Shown in pieces: positions 55,901-64,000 of a DNA stretch of 64,000 bases. Under the pieces are notes generated by a model. The model was not told the DNA's origin and ran no database searches. It saw only the letters and a program-made list of their open reading frames with translations. The DNA lies in NCBI GenBank assembly GCA_964016885.1, contig OZ024740.1, forward strand, positions 422,282,001 through 422,346,000, read 5' to 3'. The stretch is from Eledone cirrhosa. Taxonomy: Eukaryota. How positions within the stretch are numbered: the first letter of the stretch is position 1; each line of letters opens with the position of its first letter. Made by a program: the position numbers and the translations under genes.

Positions 55901-58900
55901 AGTCTCTAACAAATATTGTCCACCATTCTCTCCACTGTGGACTTTAGCAGACTGTCTTGGACTCTTCTGAGTCTCTAACAAATATTGTCTACCATTCTCT
56001 CCACTGTGGACTTTAGCAGACTATCTTGGACTTCTCTGAGTCTCTAACAAATATTGTCCACCATTCTCTCCACTGTGGACTTTAGTAGACTGTCTTGGAC
56101 TTCTCTGAGTCTCTAACAAATATTGTCCACCATTCTCTCCACTGTGGACTTTAGTAGACTGTCTTGGACTTCTCTGAGTCTCTAACAAATATTGTCTACC
56201 ATTCTCTCCACTGTGGACTTTAGCAGACTGTCTTGGACTCCTCTGAGTCTCTAACATATATTGTCCACCATTCTCTCCACTGTGGACTTTAGCAGACTGT
56301 CTTGGACTTCTCTGAGTCTCTAACAAATATTGTCTACCATTCTCTCCACTGTGGACTTTAGCAGACTGTCTTGGACTCCTCTGAGTCTCTAACAAATATT
56401 GTCCACCATTCTCTCCACTGTGGACTTTAGCAGACTGTCTTGGACTTCTCTGAGACTCTAACATATATTGTCCACCATTCTCTCCACTGTGGACTTTAGC
56501 AGACTGTCTTGGACTTCTCTGAGTCTCTAACAAATATTGTCTACCATTCTCTCCACTGTGGACTTTAGCAGACTGTCTTGGATTCCTCTGAGTCTCTAAC
56601 AAATATTGTCTACCATTCTCTCCACTGCAGATTTTAGCAGACTGTCTTGGACTCCTCTGAGTCTCTAACAAATATTGTCTACCATTCTCTCCACTGTGGA
56701 CTTTAGCAGACTGTCTTGGACTCCTCTGAGTCTCTAACAAATATTGTCCACCATTCTCTCCACTGTGGACTTTAGCAGACTGTCTTGGACTTCTCTGAGT
56801 CTCTAACATATATTGTCCACCATTCTCTCCACTGTGGACTTTAGCAGACTGTCTTGGACTTCTCTGAGTCTCTAACAAATATTGTCTACCATTCTCTCCA
56901 CTGTGGACTTTAGCAGACTGTCTTGGATTCCTCTGAGTCTCTAACAAATATTGTCCACCATTCTCTCCACTGTAGATTTTAGCAGACTGTCTTGGACTCC
57001 TCTGAGTCTCTAACAAATATTGTCCACCATTCTCTCCACTGTGGACTTTAGCAGACTGTCTTGGATTCCTCTGAGTCTCTAACAAATATTGTCCACCATT
57101 CTGTTCACTGTGGACTTTAGCAGACTGTCTTGGATTCCTCTGAGTCTCTAACAAATATTGTCCACCATTCTCTCCACTTTGGACTCTAGCAGACTGTCTT
57201 GGACTTCTCTGAGTCTCTAACAAATATTGTCCACCATTCTCTCCACTGTAGACTTTAGCAGACTGTCTTGGATTCCTCTGAGTCTCTAACAAATATTGTC
57301 TATCATTCTCTCCACTGTAGACTTTAGCAGACTGTATTGGACTCCTCTGAGTCTCTAACAAATATTGTCCACCATTCTCTCCACTGTGGACTTTAGCAGA
57401 CTGTCTTGGATTCCTCTGAGTCTCTAACAAATATTGTCCACCATTCTCTCCACTGTGGACTTTAGCAGACTGTCTTGGACTCCTCTGAGTCTCTAACATA
57501 TATTGTCCACCATTCTCTCCACTGTGGACTTTAGCAGACTGTCTTGGACTCCTCTGAGTCTGTAACAAATATTGTCCACCATTCTCTCCACTGTGGACTT
57601 TAGCAGACTATCTTGGACTCCTCTGAGTCTCTAACAAATATTGTCCACCATTCTCTCCACTGTGGACTTTAGCAGACTGTCTTGGATTCCTCTGAGTCTC
57701 TTATAAATATTGTCTACCATTCTCTCCGCTGTAGATTTTAGCAGACTGTCTTGGATTCCTCTGAGTCTCTAACAAATATTGTCCACCATTCTCTCCACTG
57801 TGGACTTTAGCAGACTGTCTTGGACTTCTCTGAGTCTCTAACAAATATTGTCCACCATTCTCTCCACTGTGGACTTTAGCAGACTGTCTTGAACTTCTCT
57901 GAGTCTCTAACAAATATTGTCCACATCCTCTCCACTGTGGACTTTAGCAGACTGTCTTGGACTCCTCTGAGTCTCTAACAAATATTGTCTACCATTCTCT
58001 CCACTGTGGACTTTAGCAGACTGTCTTGGATTCCTCTGAGTCTCTAACAAATAATGTCCACCATTCTCTCCACTGTGGAGTTTAGCAGACTGTCTTGGAC
58101 TCCTCTGAGTCTCTAACATATATTGTCCACCATTCTCTCAACTGTGGAATTTAGCAGACTGTCTTGGATTCCTCTGAGTCTCTAACAAATATTGTCTACC
58201 ATTCTCTCCACTGTAGACTTTAGCAGATTGTCTTGGACTTCTCTGAGTCTCTAACAAATATTGTCCACCATTCTCTCCACTGTAGACTTTAGTAGACTGT
58301 CTTGGATTCCTCTGAGTCTCTAACATATATTGTCTACCATTCTCTCCAATGTAGACTTTAGCAGACTGTTTTGGACTCCTCTGAGTCTCTAACAAATATC
58401 GTCTACCATTCTCTCCACTGTAGATTTTAGCAGACTGTCTTGGACTCCTTTGAGTCTCTAACAAATATTGTCTACCATTCTCTCCACTGTGGACTTTAGC
58501 AGACTGTCTTGGACTCCTCTGAGTCTCTAACATATATTGTCCACCATTCTCTCCACTGTGGACTTTAGCAGACTGTCTTGGACTTCTCTGAGTCTCTAAC
58601 AAATATTGTCTACCATTCTCTCCACTGTGGACTTTAGCAGACTGTCTTGGACTCCTCTGAGTCTCTAACAAATATTGTCCACCATTCTCTCCACTGTGGA
58701 CTTTAGCAGACTGTCTTGGACTTCTCTGAGTCTCTAACATATATTGTCCACCATTCTCTCCACTGTGGACTTTAGCAGACTGTCTTGGACTTCTCTGAGT
58801 CTCTAACAAATATTGTCTACCATTCTCTCCACTGTGGACTTTAGCAGACTGTCTTGGATTCCTCTCTGTCTCTAACAAATATTGTCCACCATTCTCTCCA

Positions 58901-59280
58901 CTGTAGATTTTAGCAGACTGTCTTGGACTCCTCTGAGTCTCTAACAAATATTGTCCACCATTCTCTCCACTGTGGACTTTAGCAGACTGTCTTGGATTCC
59001 TCTGAGTCTCTAACAAATATTGTCCACCATTCTGTTCACTGTGGACTTTAGCAGACTGTCTTGGATTCCTCTGAGTCTCTAACAAATATTGTCCACCATT
59101 CTCTCCACTTTGGACTCTAGCAGACTGTCTTGGACTTCTCTGAGTCTCTAACAAATATTGTCCACCATTCTCTCCACTGTAGACTTTAGCAGACTGTCTT
59201 GGATTCCTCTGAGTCTCTAACAAATATTGTCTATCATTCTCTCCACTGTAGACTTTAGCAGACTGTATTGGACTCCTCTG
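51700..59280. repeat. Higher-order repeat, 4001/3863-bp unit (58/56 monomers minus 1 bp), 2 copies; boundaries approximate
   Basis: ORF offsets are 52020/56021, 53838/57701, 54044/57907 and 54275/58138. The private marker CCACATCCTC lies at about 54064 and 57927. Confidence 0.9.
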
Positions 59281-60049
59281 AGTCTCTAACAAATATCGTC
59301 TACCATTCTCTCCACTGTAGATTTTAGCAGACTGTCTTGGACTCCTTTGAGTCTCTAACAAATATTGTCTACCATTCTCTCCACTGTAGACTTTAGTAGA
59401 CTGTCTTGGATTCCTCTGAGTCTCTAACATATATTGTCTACCATTCTCTCCAATGTAGACTTTAGCAGACTGTTTTGGACTCCTCTGAGTCTCTAACAAA
59501 TATCGTCTACCATTCTCTCCACTGTAGATTTTAGCAGACTGTCTTGGACTCCTTTGAGTCTCTAACAAATATTGTCTACCATTCTCTCCACTGTGGACTT
59601 TAGCAGACTGTCTTGGACTCCTCTGAGTCTCTAACATATATTGTCCACCATTCTCTCCACTGTGGACTTTAGCAGACTGTCTTGGACTTCTCTGAGTCTC
59701 TAACAAATATTGTCTACCATTCTCTCCACTGTGGACTTTAGCAGACTGTCTTGGACTCCTCTGAGTCTCTAACAAATATTGTCCACCATTCTCTCCACTG
59801 TGGACTTTAGCAGACTGTCTTGGACTTCTCTGAGTCTCTAACATATATTGTCCACCATTCTCTCCACTGTGGACTTTAGCAGACTGTCTTGGACTTCTCT
59901 GAGTCTCTAACAAATATTGTCTACCATTCTCTCCACTGTGGACTTTAGCAGACTGTCTTGGATTCCTCTCTGTCTCTAACAAATATTGTCCACCATTCTC
60001 TCCACTGTAGATTTTAGCAGACTGTCTTGGACTCCTCTGAGTCTCTAAC

Positions 60050-63000
60050 AAATATTGTCCACCATTCTCTCCACTGTGGACTTTAGCAGACTGTCTTGGA
60101 CTCCTCTGAGTCTCTAACATATATTGTCCACCATTCTCTCCACTGTGGACTTTAGCAGACTGTCTTGGACTCCTCTGAGTCTCTAACATATATTGTCCAC
60201 CATTCTCTCCACTGTGGACTTTAGCAGACTGTCTTGGACTCCTCTGAGTCTGTAACAAATATTGTCCACCATTCTCTCCACTGTGGACTTTAGCAGACTA
60301 TCTTGGACTCCTCTGAGTCTCTAACAAATATTGTCCACCATTCTCTCCACTGTGGACTTTAGCAGACTGTCTTGGATTCCTCTGAGTCTCTAACAAATAT
60401 TGTCTACCATTCTCTCCGCTGTAGATTTTAGCAGACTGTCTTGGATTCCTCTGAGTCTCTAACAAATATTGTCCACCATTCTCTCCACTGTGGACTTTAG
60501 CAGACTGTCTTGGACTCCTCTGAGTCTCTAATAAATATTGTCCACCATTCTCTCCACTGTGGACTTTAGTAGACTGTCTTGGATTCCTCTGAGTCTCTAA
60601 CAAATATTGTCCACCATTCTCTCCACTGTGGACTTTAGCAGACTGTCTTGGATTCCTCTGAGTCTCTAACATATATTGTCCACCATTCTCTCCACTGTGG
60701 ACTTTAGCAGACAGTCTTGGACTCCTCTGAGTCTCTAACAAATATTGTCCACCATTCACTCCACTGTGGACTTTAGCAGACTATCTTGGACTCCTCTGAG
60801 TCTCTAACAAATATTGTCCACCATTCTCTCCACTGTGGACTTTAGCAGACTGTCTTGGACTTCTCTGAGTCTCTAACAAATATTGTCCACCATTCTCTCC
60901 ACTGTGGACTTTAGCAGACTGTCTTGGACTCTTCTGAGTCTCTAACAAATATTGTCTACCATTCTCTCCACTGTGGACTTTAGCAGACTATCTTGGACTT
61001 CTCTGAGTCTCTAACAAATATTGTCCACCATTCTCTCCACTGTGGACTTTAGTAGACTGTCTTGGACTTCTCTGAGTCTCTAACAAATATTGTCTACCAT
61101 TCTCTCCACTGTGGACTTTAGCAGACTGTCTTGGACTTCTCTGAGTCTCTAACAAATATTGTCTACCATTCTCTCCACTGTGGACTTTAGCAGACTGTCT
61201 TGGATTCCTCTGAGTCTCTAACAAATATTGTCTACCATTCTCTCCACTGTAGATTTTAGCAGACTGTCTTGGACTCCTCTGAGTCTCTAACAAATATTGT
61301 CTACCATTCTCTCCACTGTGGACTTTAGCAGACTGTCTTGGACTCCTCTGAGTCTCTAACAAATATTGTCCACCATTCTCTCCACTGTGGACTTTAGCAG
61401 ACTGTCTTGGACTTCTCTGAGTCTCTAACATATATTGTCCACCATTCTCTCCACTGTGGACTTTAGCAGACTGTCTTGGACTTCTCTGAGTCTCTAACAA
61501 ATATTGTCTACCATTCTCTCCACTGTGGACTTTAGCAGACTGTCTTGGATTCCTCTGAGTCTCTAACAAATATTGTCCACCATTCTCTCCACTGTAGATT
61601 TTAGCAGACTGTCTTGGACTCCTCTGAGTCTCTAACAAATATTGTCCACCATTCTCTCCACTGTGGACTTTAGCAGACTGTCTTGGATTCCTCTGAGTCT
61701 CTAACAAATATTGTCCACCATTCTGTTCACTGTGGACTTTAGCAGACTGTCTTGGATTCCTCTGAGTCTCTAACAAATATTGTCCACCATTCTCTCCACT
61801 TTGGACTCTAGCAGACTGTCTTGGACTTCTCTGAGTCTCTAACAAATATTGTCCACCATTCTCTCCACTGTAGACTTTAGCAGACTGTCTTGGATTCCTC
61901 TGAGTCTCTAACAAATATTGTCTATCATTCTCTCCACTGTAGACTTTAGCAGACTGTATTGGACTCCTCTGAGTCTCTAACAAATATTGTCCACCATTCT
62001 CTCCACTGTGGACTTTAGCAGACTGTCTTGGATTCCTCTGAGTCTCTAACAAATATTGTCCACCATTCTCTCCACTGTGGACTTTAGCAGACTGTCTTGG
62101 ACTCCTCTGAGTCTCTAACATATATTGTCCACCATTCTCTCCACTGTGGACTTTAGCAGACTGTCTTGGACTCCTCTGAGTCTGTAACAAATATTGTCCA
62201 CCATTCTCTCCACTGTGGACTTTAGCAGACTATCTTGGACTCCTCTGAGTCTCTAACAAATATTGTCCACCATTCTCTCCACTGTGGACTTTAGCAGACT
62301 GTCTTGGATTCCTCTGAGTCTCTTATAAATATTGTCTACCATTCTCTCCGCTGTAGATTTTAGCAGACTGTCTTGGACTCCTCTGAGTCTCTAACAAATA
62401 TTGTCCACCATTCTCTCCACTGTGGACTTTAGCAGACTGTCTTGGACTCCTCTGAGTCTCTAACATATATTGTCCACCATTCTCTCCACTGTGGACTTTA
62501 GCAGACTGTCTTGGACTCCTCTGAGTCTCTAACATATATTGTCCACCATTCTCTCCACTGTGGACTTTAGCAGACTGTCTTGGACTCCTCTGAGTCTGTA
62601 ACAAATATTGTCCACCATTCTCTCCACTGTGGACTTTAGCAGACTATCTTGGACTCCTCTGAGTCTCTAACAAATATTGTCCACCATTCTCTCCACTGTG
62701 GACTTTAGCAGACTGTCTTGGATTCCTCTGAGTCTCTAACAAATATTGTCTACCATTCTCTCCGCTGTAGATTTTAGCAGACTGTCTTGGATTCCTCTGA
62801 GTCTCTAACAAATATTGTCCACCATTCTCTCCACTGTGGACTTTAGCAGACTGTCTTGGACTCCTCTGAGTCTCTAATAAATATTGTCCACCATTCTCTC
62901 CACTGTGGACTTTAGTAGACTGTCTTGGATTCCTCTGAGTCTCTAACAAATATTGTCCACCATTCTCTCCACTGTGGACTTTAGCAGACTGTCTTGGATT

Positions 63001-64000
63001 CCTCTGAGTCTCTAACATATATTGTCCACCATTCTCTCCACTGTGGACTTTAGCAGACAGTCTTGGACTCCTCTGAGTCTCTAACAAATATTGTCCACCA
63101 TTCACTCCACTGTGGACTTTAGCAGACTATCTTGGACTCCTCTGAGTCTCTAACAAATATTGTCCACCATTCTCTCCACTGTGGACTTTAGCAGACTGTC
63201 TTGGACTTCTCTGAGTCTCTAACAAATATTGTCCACCATTCTCTCCACTGTGGACTTTAGCAGACTGTCTTGGACTCTTCTGAGTCTCTAACAAATATTG
63301 TCTACCATTCTCTCCACTGTGGACTTTAGCAGACTATCTTGGACTTCTCTGAGTCTCTAACAAATATTGTCCACCATTCTCTCCACTGTGGACTTTAGTA
63401 GACTGTCTTGGACTTCTCTGAGTCTCTAACAAATATTGTCTACCATTCTCTCCACTGTGGACTTTAGCAGACTGTCTTGGACTTCTCTGAGTCTCTAACA
63501 AATATTGTCTACCATTCTCTCCACTGTGGACTTTAGCAGACTGTCTTGGATTCCTCTGAGTCTCTAACAAATATTGTCTACCATTCTCTCCACTGTAGAT
63601 TTTAGCAGACTGTCTTGGACTCCTCTGAGTCTCTAACAAATATTGTCTACCATTCTCTCCACTGTGGACTTTAGCAGACTGTCTTGGACTCCTCTGAGTC
63701 TCTAACAAATATTGTCCACCATTCTCTCCACTGTGGACTTTAGCAGACTGTCTTGGACTTCTCTGAGTCTCTAACATATATTGTCCACCATTCTCTCCAC
63801 TGTGGACTTTAGCAGACTGTCTTGGACTTCTCTGAGTCTCTAACAAATATTGTCTACCATTCTCTCCACTGTGGACTTTAGCAGACTGTCTTGGATTCCT
63901 CTGAGTCTCTAACAAATATTGTCCACCATTCTCTCCACTGTAGATTTTAGCAGACTGTCTTGGACTCCTCTGAGTCTCTAACAAATATTGTCCACCATTC
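60050..64000. repeat. Higher-order repeat, 2346-bp unit (34 monomers), second copy cut by the window end
   Basis: ORFs at 60298/62644 and 60988/63334. The private marker CATTCACTCC lies at about 60758 and 63104. Confidence 0.9.

Larger units (their letters stand above)
1..64000. repeat. 69-bp monomer tandem satellite array, about 928 head-to-tail copies, running past both window edges
   Basis: The unit CTTTAGCAGACTGTCTTGGACTYCTCTGAGTCTCTAACAAATATTGTCYACCATTCTCTCCACTGTGGA recurs from position 1. The last unit starts at 63945 = 1 + 927x69 - 19. I saw no inversion or foreign insertion, and monomers typically differ from consensus by only a few substitutions. Confidence 0.99.

Noticed and set aside
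80-63984. The minus-strand ORFs as real protein-coding genes or an operon
   Set aside because: All are the same satellite frame. Starts are just the first TTG or ATG after a recurrent stop or frameshift, and there is no unique domain, intergenic sequence or synonymous bias.
1-64000. CRISPR array
   Set aside because: There are no unique spacers, the entire 69 bp is repeated with only point variants, and no cas genes or leader are present.
1-64000. Functional C2H2 zinc-finger gene array
   Set aside because: The period is 23 aa rather than 28, and the C-x2-C and H-x3-H ligands are missing.
1-64000. Human 68-bp beta (Sau3A) satellite or alpha satellite
   Set aside because: Only the length is similar to beta satellite, and the consensus has no GATC site. 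There is no 171-bp period and no CpG-containing CENP-B box.
1-64000. Embedded transposon, telomeric repeat, rRNA or tRNA
   Set aside because: Monomer phase is continuous across the window (927x69 - 19) and I saw no non-monomer sequence.

Overview
The whole 64-kb window is one uninterrupted, single-orientation tandem array of a 69-bp monomer. The + strand consensus is CTTTAGCAGACTGTCTTGGACTYCTCTGAGTCTCTAACAAATATTGTCYACCATTCTCTCCACTGTGGA (about 45% GC, no CpG). Phase arithmetic gives 927 complete monomers plus a 56-bp partial one, with a net length change of -19 bp. That change matches 19 copies of one shared 1-bp-deletion monomer. Monomers differ by a small set of recurrent substitutions that are ordered into locally varying higher-order repeats (offsets 1932-5380 bp, plus one 12,899-bp offset). 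There is a left and a right subfamily domain with a transition at about 24-32 kb. All listed ORFs are the one open minus-strand frame of the monomer (VHSGENGGQYLLETQRSPRQSAK), broken by recurrent stops and frameshifts, so I do not call genes. The best interpretation is recently expanded satellite DNA, probably eukaryotic. I cannot name the family or organism. I saw no unique sequence, mobile element, RNA gene or CRISPR array.
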